A DNA stretch of 64,000 nucleotides, taken from NCBI GenBank assembly GCA_963754945.1, contig CAVWIG010000007.1, forward strand, positions 50,134 through 114,133, in the 5' to 3' direction. Within the stretch, counting starts at the first letter, position 1, and the number at the start of each line of letters is the position of its first letter. Of this stretch, positions 49,867-59,985 are shown in pieces. The notes beneath the pieces were generated by a model. It was not told the DNA's origin, made no database searches, and saw only the letters and a list, made by a program, of their open reading frames with translations. The position numbers and the translations under genes are program-made. Origin of the DNA: Methanotrichaceae archaeon (lineage in GTDB: Archaea > Halobacteriota > Methanosarcinia > Methanotrichales > Methanotrichaceae).

Positions 49867-51243
49867 TCAGTGTGCCTCGCCCACCAGATCCTTGCCAGGT
49901 TCTTTTCGCTCCACGGTGTCCAGCTTGCATTCGGTGGGGGTGCAAACCAGCACGTCCTGGGATTGATACTTGGTGTACGGGTTCTCGGGTATAGTGGTGT
50001 CCAATCCCATGGAGGCTGCCATCATCTCCACTACGTCCACCATCTTTATCTTAGACTGGGCAGCGTTCCTTCCATCGATCAGGTTCAGCCTGCAGAATGG
50101 GCAGGTGGAACAGATGACCTCTGCCTGAATATCCGTTGCATCCTGTACTCTGGCCTTGGCACAGTCCAATGCTAAGTCGGGAAGACCAGCCTTCACACCA
50201 CCGCCAGCTCCACAGCACCTCTGCAAAGCCCTATTTCTCACCATATCCTGGTACTTCACTCCGGGTATGGATTGAACGCAATCACGCGGTGCCTCGAAGG
50301 CCCAGTCCTTTCCTTTCAGGTGCATCAGATGCCGGCCGTTATGGCATGGGTCGTGATAGGTGAATTTGTAGTTCAAGGGGATCTTGTATTCAACCTCTCC
50401 ATTCCTTATCTTTTCTCTTAGGTATACGGAGAGCGGCATGGTCTCGTAGGGTATGTAGCCCTCGTACCACATGGGCCAGTCGACTGCAGCGTTCCGAAGA
50501 CATCCGGCACAGGCGAATAGCACTGTCTTCGCTCCCGCATCCTTGAGGGCATCGATGTTATGCACAGCATGCTCGGCCATTACATCTCTCTGGCCGGTCC
50601 TGATCAGTGCTGAAGCACAGCACCATTCATTCTTGCCCAACATGGCGAAGTCCACATTCAGCTTGTTCAAAATCCTGACCGTGGCCACTCCTAGAGCCTG
50701 CTGCCTGTAGGCGGCAGTACATCCCGCAAAGTATACAATATCTCCGGATTCTTGCACCTTGATATCCTTGGGTATCCAGCACAGCCGGTCTTCCTGTTTG
50801 GCCATGTAAGGGTTACGATCTCCCTTTATCAGCTTGGGGAAGAAGGACTGCTTTCCATAAGGTCCGTTGCCGCGCGCGACCAGATTGGGCCGCATTGCCT
50901 CCCAGAGATCGACGGTCTTGATACCCGCTTCACAGACGGTGCCACATACTCCACAGGTGGTGCACATGTAGGTGTCCTCTGTGTAGGTGGTCATCTCGTC
51001 TTCTCCGAGCGGCTTTGGCCCAAAGATCTTTGCCCGCAGTCCCTTCTCTCTAGCCAGCAGCATCCGCCACTTTGCTATCTTGTACATCGGCGTTATCCCT
51101 GGACGTTCCTGCCTCACAGCAAAGGTGGGGCACCACTTCATGCACTCCTGGCATCTGTTGCATCCATCTACTTCCAGGAGCTGAGTGGACATCATGAACC
51201 CTTTCATCAAGGGTTTGGATTCTTTGTCAGCTTTATCAGCCAT
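49867..51243 (-). CDS. hdrD: Heterodisulfide reductase subunit D
   Basis: Two CxxCxxCxxxC clusters and two CCG domains (WCCAS, YHDPCH, CCGAGGG, CPFC); adjacent to hdrE. Confidence 0.88.
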   Translation of the reverse strand: MADKADKESKPLMKGFMMSTQLLEVDGCNRCQECMKWCPTFAVRQERPGITPMYKIAKWRMLLAREKGLRAKIFGPKPLGEDEMTTYTEDTYMCTTCGVCGTVCEAGIKTVDLWEAMRPNLVARGNGPYGKQSFFPKLIKGDRNPYMAKQEDRLCWIPKDIKVQESGDIVYFAGCTAAYRQQALGVATVRILNKLNVDFAMLGKNEWCCASALIRTGQRDVMAEHAVHNIDALKDAGAKTVLFACAGCLRNAAVDWPMWYEGYIPYETMPLSVYLREKIRNGEVEYKIPLNYKFTYHDPCHNGRHLMHLKGKDWAFEAPRDCVQSIPGVKYQDMVRNRALQRCCGAGGGVKAGLPDLALDCAKARVQDATDIQAEVICSTCPFCRLNLIDGRNAAQSKIKMVDVVEMMAASMGLDTTIPENPYTKYQSQDVLVCTPTECKLDTVERKEPGKDLVGEAH

Positions 51244-51244
51244 T

Positions 51245-51997
51245 TTACTCTCCTCCCCGGTTTGCCAGTAGAGTCAAGGGCGTTGCTATTACGTGGATGT
51301 ACTTGGACCAGGGCAGAGCGAAGCAGAACAGCCCCAAGGCTAGTATTGTGTGGACCAGGGCGAAGTGTGGCGCATAAATCGGGAATGCAAAGGCGTTCCC
51401 CATCAGGAACGAATTGCCGCGCATCCACTCAGCGTAAAATCCCGTAATGGTTATGAGGAACACTGCACCGATAAGGAAAGCATCGTAAGAGCTGGTGTTG
51501 TCCCTAACGAACTTGAGCAGTATCCTCCTGGATATGGCGATGGTTGCGCCGATCAGCAGCAGGTATCCGAAGAGATCAAAGGGCAGGGACAAAGCCTCCT
51601 TCACCATCTCCGCCTGGTCTGCCAGCCCGGCAATATTGAAATTATTGACTATATCTAGCATTAGCCCTAGGCCAGAGAGGGCAGCCAGAGTCAGGAAACC
51701 ATAGAACATGGACATGTGCATTACCCATCTCACTGGGCTTCTGGCAAGCGTCCTCCTGAGAAGCAGGACATCTAGAACAACCGTCCTTATAAATACCCAC
51801 AAACCGCCTTTGAAAGCCTCATGGATCCAGGTAGCGAGAAACAGCCAGAAGCTATTACGCAGCTGGTCGTGATAACCTGTCGATCCGATGCCCCATTTCT
51901 TAATGTTGAAATATATACCGTATATCCAGATGCCCAGTACAATAACTGTAAGGACAATCACAATATTAAAAGTGAGGCCCAATGTGTAGAACGCCAT
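51245..51997 (-). CDS. hdrE: Heterodisulfide reductase membrane cytochrome b subunit E
   Basis: About five TM helices; RWVMH, ALVH and PWSKYIHVIA heme-ligand motifs. Confidence 0.88.
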   Translation of the reverse strand: MAFYTLGLTFNIVIVLTVIVLGIWIYGIYFNIKKWGIGSTGYHDQLRNSFWLFLATWIHEAFKGGLWVFIRTVVLDVLLLRRTLARSPVRWVMHMSMFYGFLTLAALSGLGLMLDIVNNFNIAGLADQAEMVKEALSLPFDLFGYLLLIGATIAISRRILLKFVRDNTSSYDAFLIGAVFLITITGFYAEWMRGNSFLMGNAFAFPIYAPHFALVHTILALGLFCFALPWSKYIHVIATPLTLLANRGGE

Positions 51998-52732
51998 CTC
52001 ATTTCCTCCTCCATATATTTACCACAGTACCGAGGCGATACGACCGTCATTGGTGACAAACTTACCTGATAACTAATACTTAAATATTCCCTCACGGTCG
52101 TTCCATTGCTTAAATAGCACCTGCTCGACCGTAGAATGAGAATCGAAATAGAGGGTTCATCTATATTCATGAACCTTACCTCGCATTGTGCTGAGTTGAC
52201 CATCGCGCCGATTCTACAGCTTTTCCGAGGAGCTAACTCCAAGATCGGGGCGGATGTCGGAGCGAGATGAATCAAATGATACTATAGTGATATTCTAAAG
52301 GCAGCAGGAACGTCATCAAAATCTGTTATGTTAATTGGGTCTGGACATGATAAGCGTCCAGACCAGCATCTTCTTTAAAGGATCTGTGGTCTTCTTTTCT
52401 TGGGCATCTCAGGTCCAGGTTCTGGGCCCCGAGTATTATCCCCTATTCCAAATCTTACGCCAGTCTGAAAGTTCCAGGCGTCTTCAAACACAGAGTTCTG
52501 ACCGAATTCGAACAAGATTTCCTCCGAACTAATACTCTCTTAATGCTTTATAAGTTCTTGTTTTACTAAATCATCTCAAATGCATATCGTTGTTAAACGA
52601 ATCTTACTACGTTGATCATCGAATATAAACTTTTTGGTCCCCTAAATATATATTTCAAAGTTTAATAAATTTAAGGAATTCGGATGAAATATGGCCGGAG
52701 GCCTGAAGAGCTACGGGAGGACCAGCCGGACA

Positions 52733-53416
52733 TCAACGGGTCCCAATTGTCGGTCCCAATAACTTCAGCAGTTGTTTCAGCTCGCCTATGCTCATCTGCC
52801 CTGGAGCAGTGGCCTCTGAAACGTACCCGTAGGTAAGCACAGACCCATAGATTGGAGCAATCGCTCGCATATGTCGGCCCAATTCTCCCATTGCTATTAC
52901 GCACAAAGGTGTATTCGTTTCGAAGAGGAGTTCCAGAAGCGTCAGGTTGTCCCTAAGTTGGCCGGGAGTGACGGCAATCTTCGAAACAGAAGCCCCAGTC
53001 TCGAAGATCTCACGCAACGTTGATCTGAGTTCTTCGGGGCTGGGCATCCTCGTAAAATCATGGTAGGATACAATCGCTGGTTTGTCGATCCTTCCCAAGA
53101 GCCCGTCTCTAAGCTCAGCTCTAAGCTCAATGTCCACAAAATCGGCATACTCGGAGGCCTGGCTGAGCAAATCTATTCGCTCTTTTTCGGTGCCTCTGAA
53201 CAATCCGCCTTCAGCCCTCCAGCGATTGGTAGCGATCAGGGGCAAGCTCGTTACGCTCCGAATTGATCTCATGGCCGCCAGGGGATCTCCTTCGACGAGA
53301 TCTAGCCTGACCTCGATCATATCGGCCTCTGACGCTTGCTGGACATCCCGGACAGCGTTTTTCCCCAGGACCGCCACGATTCTGGGTTTGAGTTTTATTC
53401 TTTCATCCATCTTCAT
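52733..53416 (-). CDS. aroD: Type I 3-dehydroquinate dehydratase
   Basis: EVRLD, EGG, SYHDF, KIA, AMG..G and APGQ motifs. Confidence 0.95.
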   Translation of the reverse strand: MKMDERIKLKPRIVAVLGKNAVRDVQQASEADMIEVRLDLVEGDPLAAMRSIRSVTSLPLIATNRWRAEGGLFRGTEKERIDLLSQASEYADFVDIELRAELRDGLLGRIDKPAIVSYHDFTRMPSPEELRSTLREIFETGASVSKIAVTPGQLRDNLTLLELLFETNTPLCVIAMGELGRHMRAIAPIYGSVLTYGYVSEATAPGQMSIGELKQLLKLLGPTIGTR

Positions 53417-53463
53417 TTAATTCAAGGATTCATTTTTAAATCCATCTTTATATCTCTATTTCC

Positions 53464-54588
53464 CTATTTCTCGATGATGCTCTCCTCTATGCTCATGCCG
53501 AAGTGCCTGGCACCCTCCTCCAGATAAACCATCACCTGATCACCGATCTTCAGATCAGCCACCGACTTGGGAGAGCCATCCGCGCCCACGAGCTTTATGG
53601 TCTCCGCATTCTGCAGCAGAGTGCTGATCCTCTCGCCCTCGGCCTCGGCCTCTATCAGGATCATAGGCCGCTTCTCAATTTTGGCCCGGCCAACAATTGC
53701 AGTCTGAGCCTGGCCGTCTTTGTTGACCACGGTGACCTCATCCCCGGATTTCAGCTCCGAGAGGTACTTGGTCTTCTCGCCTATTTTTATGTAGGCGTGC
53801 ACAGCTCCGGCGTTTACCCGAAATGGCCTGGCCGCCACGTATGGGCTATCTTCCGACTCGCTCTGAACAAGGAAGAAGGCCCGAGACTGAGAGCCTACTA
53901 GCATTCCTTCGCCCACGTGCATGAGGCTGCAGGTGTCAACGCAGACCCGATCGCCCATTCCTACAGGCTTGACGTTGATTATCTTTGCTGGGGTCAGGTT
54001 CAAATGAGCATTGTCTGACCGCTCTACCATTTCTTGCACTCTTTTGATCTCTGATAAGTCCGATGTGTCCAGAAGCACTCCGTCTGCTCCCTGCTCCAGA
54101 GTTCCCAGAGCCAGCTCCGCTTCCTCTGCGCTCTTAACTCCGCTGATGATCTTGACATTGACACCATGGAGGCCGGCTATCATGTTCTCCAAGGGAATGA
54201 CCTTCCAGTCGGTGCCGATCACCAGGAGATAATCGACGTGTTTTCCCAGTTCGACCGCAAACTGCTCATACCTCTTGCCAGCCACCACCACGTAGCCGGC
54301 CTTCGGTCCCTCGATGGTCTTTGCCAGGGCGATGTCCATTGAGGCGCTGAAATCCTTGGGCAGCGGGATGGACCCATCGCCTTCGCCATTCTTTCCTATA
54401 ACCAGAATGTCCTGTAGTCCTCTTTCGGTGCTAAAACAAGCCACCTTTATGCCGCCTAGCTCCTTGACGCGCTCGGCGTGCTCACAGTCTACAACCACGA
54501 CATCAAATCCCGATTCAAGGGCAGTGGTGATCCTGGGCTTGATATCGTTCCAAGAGCCGACATTTGCCATGAGCCACTTCTCTTTCAT
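53464..54588 (-). CDS. 3-dehydroquinate synthase II
   Basis: DWKVIPLEN, GDRVCVDTC, RPFRVNAG.VH and LQNAETI motifs. Confidence 0.96.
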   Translation of the reverse strand: MKEKWLMANVGSWNDIKPRITTALESGFDVVVVDCEHAERVKELGGIKVACFSTERGLQDILVIGKNGEGDGSIPLPKDFSASMDIALAKTIEGPKAGYVVVAGKRYEQFAVELGKHVDYLLVIGTDWKVIPLENMIAGLHGVNVKIISGVKSAEEAELALGTLEQGADGVLLDTSDLSEIKRVQEMVERSDNAHLNLTPAKIINVKPVGMGDRVCVDTCSLMHVGEGMLVGSQSRAFFLVQSESEDSPYVAARPFRVNAGAVHAYIKIGEKTKYLSELKSGDEVTVVNKDGQAQTAIVGRAKIEKRPMILIEAEAEGERISTLLQNAETIKLVGADGSPKSVADLKIGDQVMVYLEEGARHFGMSIEESIIEK

Positions 54589-54963
54589 ACGCCACGTTGC
54601 GACATACGCTTACTAAATCCTTTTGATCTTCGAGCAATTATGGATTTTCGATTTTTCGCCCAAATTATTAGCCTCTATGGAACTTATTTAGGTAATTCTA
54701 ATTGTTGGGGACATATTTAATGTCTCAATATACTAGTTTACGGTCAGGTTATGCCTTGAAAATCAATAGGAAATTAGGTACCTAAAAATGCCCGAAGATA
54801 CTAGGAGAACAGTTGCTCATAGTGGCATTCGTCATTGTCCTTCTTGCCGTTTCTCCTTTGGAGCGTTTGTGGCAGCAGGTCAAAATGGTTATTGATAGAT
54901 ATCTCCAAGTAATTTTGTTAGTATTCTGGAGGATATGACGCTCGTTCAAATTCTTTGTCCAAG

Positions 54964-55938
54964 TCATGCCCACACTATGTCCACCTCATCCGGCCTGTAT
55001 CCCGGCCTTACATGAGATTCTGATATTGGCGTGACAACCCCGCTCTTCAGCATGAGCAGCCCGCTGTAGGCGATCATCGATCCGTTGTCGCCCATGTACT
55101 TTCGCTCAGGAAGGTAGAACTTTGCCCCACGCTCCTCGCACATTGTGTTCAGCATCTGGCCCAGCCGTTTGTTCGCTCCGACTCCTCCCACTAGCAGGAC
55201 TTCGCTCTTTTCGGCGTGGGCCATCGCCCTTTCAGTGACCTCTACGAGCATGGCGAAGGCCGTCTCCTGGAGGCTGTAGCATACATCTGCGAGGTCGTGC
55301 TTCTTGGCAGCCTCTGTCGCAGCGGTGGACATGCCTGAGAATGACAGGTCCATTCCCTTGACGGTATAGGGCAAGGGGATGTATTTTGCGGCTTTCAGGG
55401 CCAACTCTTCCACCTTTGGGCCGCCTGGGTGGGCCAGGCCAACTGACCTGGCAAACTTGTCAATTGCGTTTCCTATGCTGATGTCCAGGGTCTCTCCGAA
55501 GATCCTGTACCGACCTTTGCGCAGCGCTAAAACCTGGGAGTTGGCTCCGCTGACGTATATGATAGCAGGATCGGCGGCACCCGATTGCCACTTGCCGACC
55601 TCGATGTGGGCTACGCAGTGGTTGACACCCAGCAGTGGCAGGCCCATCCGGAGGGATAACATCCGAGCAGCCGTGGCCACCGTTCGCAGACACGGACCTA
55701 GGCCCGGCCCCTGGGAGAAGGCTATGCCGTCTATCTTCAGATCTTGTTCCCTTGCTACCGCCAGTATGGAGCCTACAACCTTTGCCACGTTTTCAGCGTG
55801 GTGCTGGGAGGCCTCCCGGGGGTGGATGCCCCCCTTGGCAGGGACATAGGTAGCGCTTTTTTCGGCAATTACCCTTTTCTCGTCCACCAACGCAGCGCTC
55901 AGGTTCCAGGCTGTTCCCTCCAATCCGAAGATGATCAT
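54964..55938 (-). CDS. kae1: KEOPS t6A synthase Kae1
   Basis: GLEGTAW, GGIHP, VNHCVAHIE and DNGSMIA motifs; not fused to Bud32. Confidence 0.96.
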   Translation of the reverse strand: MIIFGLEGTAWNLSAALVDEKRVIAEKSATYVPAKGGIHPREASQHHAENVAKVVGSILAVAREQDLKIDGIAFSQGPGLGPCLRTVATAARMLSLRMGLPLLGVNHCVAHIEVGKWQSGAADPAIIYVSGANSQVLALRKGRYRIFGETLDISIGNAIDKFARSVGLAHPGGPKVEELALKAAKYIPLPYTVKGMDLSFSGMSTAATEAAKKHDLADVCYSLQETAFAMLVEVTERAMAHAEKSEVLLVGGVGANKRLGQMLNTMCEERGAKFYLPERKYMGDNGSMIAYSGLLMLKSGVVTPISESHVRPGYRPDEVDIVWA

Positions 55939-55953
55939 CCTTCGACCAGTCCC

Positions 55954-57372
55954 CTAAACATAGCCAGAACCGATGTCCTTTCGATATCGCATTCCATTGA
56001 ACCTTATCCTCTTGATGTTCTCGTAGGCCTTGTCTCTCGCCAAGCCGAGGGTCCTGCCTCTGCCTACAAGTGTCAGCACCCTGCCTCCTGTGGTGAACAG
56101 ACGTTTGCCCCCGGAGGCATCGGTCCCAAAGGCGGTGCCGTTATGGTAAACAAGCGCGTTCGGATCGACTTTCTCAAGGCCGGAGATGGGCATGTTGGTG
56201 TAGTGGGCTCCCGGATAGCCAGGTCGTTCTTCGGATCCGCTTGACAACGGCTTGATGGCCCGGCCACTAATAGCACAAACGCCCACACAATAGTCTTTGG
56301 ACCACTGCAGCTCAACCGATCCCAGACTCTTGTCCAGTACAGCCTCCGAAAGCTGGTACATGTCCGTTTCCAGTCGCGGAAGGATGACCTCTGCCTCTGG
56401 GTCTCCCAGGCGAACGTTGATCTCGAGAACATGCGGCTCTCTGTCATCGGTGATCATAAGGCCAAAGTAGATTACTCCTGTATACTCGTGACCGCTTACC
56501 TCACTGAAGCCTGTAATGGTAGGGACGGCGATTTTTTTCATTATCTTGTCTGTGAGTTCATCATCCAGCCAAGGGTGTGGCGAGAACCCTCCCATTCCGC
56601 CTGTATTCGGGTTGTTGTCCGGGTTGGGGTTTCCTGAAAGCTTGTTGAACAGCCTTATGGCCACCACCTCATCGGGCGAGAAGGCCTGCTTGTAATCCAT
56701 GGCCGACTCAAGCGGCAGAACGGTCTTGCCGTCTGTCATGGCAAAGAACATAAGCTCCCTACCGATCAGCCTTTCCTCCACATCGATTCTGTTGCCTGCA
56801 TCGCCGAAGAGTTTGGGATCAACCATTATCCGATCTATGGTGGACAGTGATTCATCGAGGGAGGAACAGACAACTGATCCTTTGCCTGCGGCCAACCCAT
56901 CCGCTTTGATAACCAGGCCCTTATCAGGGTTGGCGTCACAGAACTGGGTGACGTAATCCTTTGCCTCCAGGGGATCTGCGAAGTTGTTAAAGGGTGGGAC
57001 TGGAACTCCAATGCCCTTGAGAAAATCCTTCGTTAGACACTTGCTGCCCTCCAGAATAGCGGCCTCTTTTCTTGGACCTACAATCCTATGGCCCTCCTCC
57101 TGGAAGATGTTTACAATGCCGTCCGACAGATAGCCTTCAGGGCCTACAAAGGTAAGGTCTATGCCTTCTAGTTTGGCGAAGTACAGCAGCTCAGAGATGG
57201 ACTTCGGTGGTCGACCGTCATTTGTAGCTAGACGGCACTTTTTCATCATTTCGCTGCCAGCGTTGCCTGGAGCCACATAGACTACATCGACCACCGGGCT
57301 CCTGGCGAAGGCGTCAGCTATGGCGTTGCCCCTGCCACCTGCATCGACAACCAGAACCTTTGCACCAGACAT
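55954..57372 (-). CDS. purD: Phosphoribosylamine-glycine ligase
   Basis: APGNAG, VGPE, LEGSK, KADGLAAGKG, NTGGMG, EINVRLGDPE and GGRVL motifs. Confidence 0.96.
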   Translation of the reverse strand: MSGAKVLVVDAGGRGNAIADAFARSPVVDVVYVAPGNAGSEMMKKCRLATNDGRPPKSISELLYFAKLEGIDLTFVGPEGYLSDGIVNIFQEEGHRIVGPRKEAAILEGSKCLTKDFLKGIGVPVPPFNNFADPLEAKDYVTQFCDANPDKGLVIKADGLAAGKGSVVCSSLDESLSTIDRIMVDPKLFGDAGNRIDVEERLIGRELMFFAMTDGKTVLPLESAMDYKQAFSPDEVVAIRLFNKLSGNPNPDNNPNTGGMGGFSPHPWLDDELTDKIMKKIAVPTITGFSEVSGHEYTGVIYFGLMITDDREPHVLEINVRLGDPEAEVILPRLETDMYQLSEAVLDKSLGSVELQWSKDYCVGVCAISGRAIKPLSSGSEERPGYPGAHYTNMPISGLEKVDPNALVYHNGTAFGTDASGGKRLFTTGGRVLTLVGRGRTLGLARDKAYENIKRIRFNGMRYRKDIGSGYV

Positions 57373-57540
57373 GTAGGAATCACGAAGGGATAACCACTAA
57401 ATAAGCATATTCACCCGCGATCCAGCGAAAACTATCTGTGCCGAAACCTTGCTAAATCGCCTCGACAGAAGGTCTTTGAAGCTCTTTCCTCTTTTCATTC
57501 TCCGATCACTTCATCGCTATGCCCTAGCCTTCGCCCGCCC

Positions 57541-57556
57541 GAAACGTATATATCTA
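57541..57556 (+). promoter_or_regulatory. Probable BRE/TATA promoter of the tRNA-Lys/tRNA-Trp operon
   Basis: GAAACG-TATATA about 26-31 nt upstream of the tRNA-Lys 5' end. Confidence 0.55.
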
Positions 57557-57577
57557 GCATCGACCTTGGGGTGGTCC

Positions 57578-57651
57578 GGGCCGGTAGCTTAGTCAGGCAG
57601 AGCGAAAGGCTCTTAACCTTTAGGTCGGGGGTTCAAATCCCTCTCGGCCCG
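57578..57651 (+). tRNA. tRNA-Lys(CTT)
   Basis: Cloverleaf with anticodon arm AAAGG-CTCTTAA-CCTTT and GTTCAAATCC T-arm. Confidence 0.96.
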
Positions 57652-57660
57652 CTTTAAAAC

Positions 57661-57868
57661 GGGGCTGTGGCCTAGCCAGGTAGGGCGACGGGCTCCAGCG
57701 GTATATTAATGATGAGCAACGGGTCTGCTGAGGCCTCTCGACGGGGAGGCTGTTGATGATCCGTTGGAGCACTGAAATGGGTTGTTATCAGCCACCGTTT
57801 TCCGGAGGTTGGAACACTTCAGTATCGGAGAGACCCGTCGATCGTGCGTTCGAATCGCACCAGCCCCA
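57661..57868 (+). tRNA. tRNA-Trp(CCA) with a 134-nt intron at 37/38 (57699-57832)
   Basis: Exons form ACGGG-CTCCAG|A-CCCGT; bulge-helix-bulge with a CTCC/GGAG helix and AGC/AGA bulges. Confidence 0.95.
57709..57775 (+). ncRNA. Box C/D guide RNA inside the tRNA-Trp intron (predicted targets C34 and C39)
   Basis: C ATGATGA 57709, D' CTGA 57728, C' TTGATGA 57753, D CTGA 57772. Guides ACGGGTCT and CCGTTGGAGC pair across the splice junctions, with N+5 on C39 and C34. Confidence 0.92.
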
Positions 57869-57958
57869 CATCTTTTTCACGAGTTTTCCATTGCAGCCCC
57901 AATTTTAGAAACGCAGCTCTTAAATAATCTCGGCGCGTGGATATGGAAGGGTGCCAAG

Positions 57959-58261
57959 ATGTACCAGGATATACTGACCATGTGCTGGTCTATCAAAGAG
58001 GTCAACAAGAACCTCTCAGATAGAAAGCAGCTCACCGATTATTCGATCAAATACCTGAAGAATGCTTGCTCGGAGCTGGCGGAAATGATCAAAAAAGTCT
58101 CAATTTCCAGACCCGGAGAGCAGATAATAGTGATGAGCAAGAACGGCCAGAAGAAGCCCATTGCCCTGATGGAAGTAGCTGAGATGCTATACGATCCCAG
58201 GAAGATCGTAGAACTCAATCTTATAGACAACGTCAATCGATGGGCCAGGTCGGAAGCGTAA
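57959..58261 (+). CDS. Hypothetical protein
   Basis: ATG at 57959 after GAAGGGTG; the longer ORF call overlaps the tRNA and is spurious. Confidence 0.75.
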   Translation: MYQDILTMCWSIKEVNKNLSDRKQLTDYSIKYLKNACSELAEMIKKVSISRPGEQIIVMSKNGQKKPIALMEVAEMLYDPRKIVELNLIDNVNRWARSEA

Positions 58262-58537
58262 CTCAAAGTCCTCTTTTGGAATAGTCTATCACGATTGCAA
58301 CTAACTCCTCAAGCAAACACCATTTTTGCCCTCAGCTTATTGGAAAGTTAGGCGCGCCTCAGTACTCATAGGGCTCATCACCAATCAGGCATACTTTTAT
58401 CTTCATCGGCGCTGCAATACAACCTTGTCATCTTCCTTATAGATAATGAAATCGATAAGATCGACTTCGGGATCTACATCAATTGTTTACTCGACGCCGG
58501 GACAGGTTAATCAGCTCTTGATTCCATTCACATAAGC

Positions 58538-59404
58538 ATGGTGCGAGTCGGAGTTCACGTCTCCATCGCCGGGGGAATCTCTAACGCTGTGGACAGAGCT
58601 GCAGAAAGAGGGTGCGATGTCTTTCAGATCTTCTCCAGGAATCCCCGAGGATGGAGAATCAAGGATATATCCCCAGAAGATGCCGAGAGCTTTGTCGTGA
58701 AGCTGGGGAGGTCGAGCATAGGCCCGGTCTTCGATCATATGCCGTACCTTCCTAACCTGGCATCACCTAAAGACGACGTCTATAGCAATTCAGTGGCAAC
58801 ATTGACAACCGAGCTTCTTAGGTGCGACCAGCTCCACATACCATATCTCGTGACTCATATGGGAAGCCATCTGGGTGCCGGCAAGGCTGCCGGCTTGGAG
58901 AGAATCGTGAAGGCCATCAACAGTGCCTTCTCGGCAGCTGAGAATAGCGTAATGCTCCTGCTGGAGAACACTGCCGGAACCAAGAACAGCATGGGCGGGT
59001 CTTTTGGCGACATCGCTGGCATAATCGATGCCCTGGACACCAAGCGTGTTGGCGTCTGCCTGGACACCTGCCACCTCTTTGCTGCTGGATACGAGCTGAG
59101 GACTCCTGAGGGGCTCGATAGAACAATCGATGATTTCAATAGCAACATTGGCTTACAGAAGCTGAGGCTCGTTCACCTGAACGACTCTAAGGGCGGCTTA
59201 GGCTCGGGGCTGGACAGACACGAGCATATCGGCCTCGGAGCAATAGGCGAGACCGGATTCAAGACAATTCTCGGCTGCGAGAAGATCAGAGCTTTGCCTT
59301 TAATTCTGGAGACACCGATCGATTCAAGAAGGGATGATCTGGAGAACCTGTTGGTGGCTAGGGAGATGGCTTCTCAACTGAATACTGCCAAGAACTCGAA
59401 TTGA
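58538..59404 (+). CDS. nfo: Endonuclease IV
   Basis: GVHVSIAGG, LLENTAG, CLDTCH.FAAG, HLNDSK, DRH..IG.G and ILETP motifs. Confidence 0.96.
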   Translation: MVRVGVHVSIAGGISNAVDRAAERGCDVFQIFSRNPRGWRIKDISPEDAESFVVKLGRSSIGPVFDHMPYLPNLASPKDDVYSNSVATLTTELLRCDQLHIPYLVTHMGSHLGAGKAAGLERIVKAINSAFSAAENSVMLLLENTAGTKNSMGGSFGDIAGIIDALDTKRVGVCLDTCHLFAAGYELRTPEGLDRTIDDFNSNIGLQKLRLVHLNDSKGGLGSGLDRHEHIGLGAIGETGFKTILGCEKIRALPLILETPIDSRRDDLENLLVAREMASQLNTAKNSN

Positions 59405-59449
59405 AAATGTTATCCTTAGAATATCAAATCAAAGAGAATTGTTCAAGAA

Positions 59450-59857
59450 TTAACTAGCATTACCAAAGACGTTCTCGATAACCAGCATCAAGGCATCCTT
59501 GGATATGGGTTTGACCAGGTAGGAGCTTGCACCAAGATCATAGCTCTTCTGGATGTCATCATCAAAATTGGAGCCGGTCAGCATTACCACTGGAATCCGA
59601 CTGAGCTTGTTATCCCGTTTGAGCTTGGTCAGAAGGTCTATGCCGCTTATATCGGGAAGATTGATGTCCAGGAGGATGAGATCGGGAATCGTTGATCCAT
59701 TCTCTTTCAGACGCGCCAGAGCTTCGATTGCTTCCTTGCCGTTTAGGGCCACCAGTAGGTTTCGGTCGAGCCCGGCCTTTCTGAGGATTATCTTGGTGAA
59801 GGCTACGTCTTCGGGATCGTCCTCCACCAGCATGACTCTTAGTTCTTTGGTTTCCAT
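59450..59857 (-). CDS. Single-domain response regulator
   Basis: LVEDD, PDLILLDINLP, VVMLT.S and YLVKP motifs. Confidence 0.93.
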   Translation of the reverse strand: METKELRVMLVEDDPEDVAFTKIILRKAGLDRNLLVALNGKEAIEALARLKENGSTIPDLILLDINLPDISGIDLLTKLKRDNKLSRIPVVMLTGSNFDDDIQKSYDLGASSYLVKPISKDALMLVIENVFGNAS

Positions 59858-59985
59858 TACCTCACCGGCATCTTGGGCTGATTCGCCAACTCGACCAATC
59901 GGCTCAAAGACGGATTCGTCTTCCAGCAAAAATAGTTTTCCCAACTGTGTCCTCAGTTTACGAGGAGTTGCCACGAGTTGAACTC

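Noticed and set aside
57782-57958. N-terminal extension of the 159-aa ORF
   Set aside because: It overlaps the tRNA-Trp intron and exon 2; the real start is probably ATG 57959.
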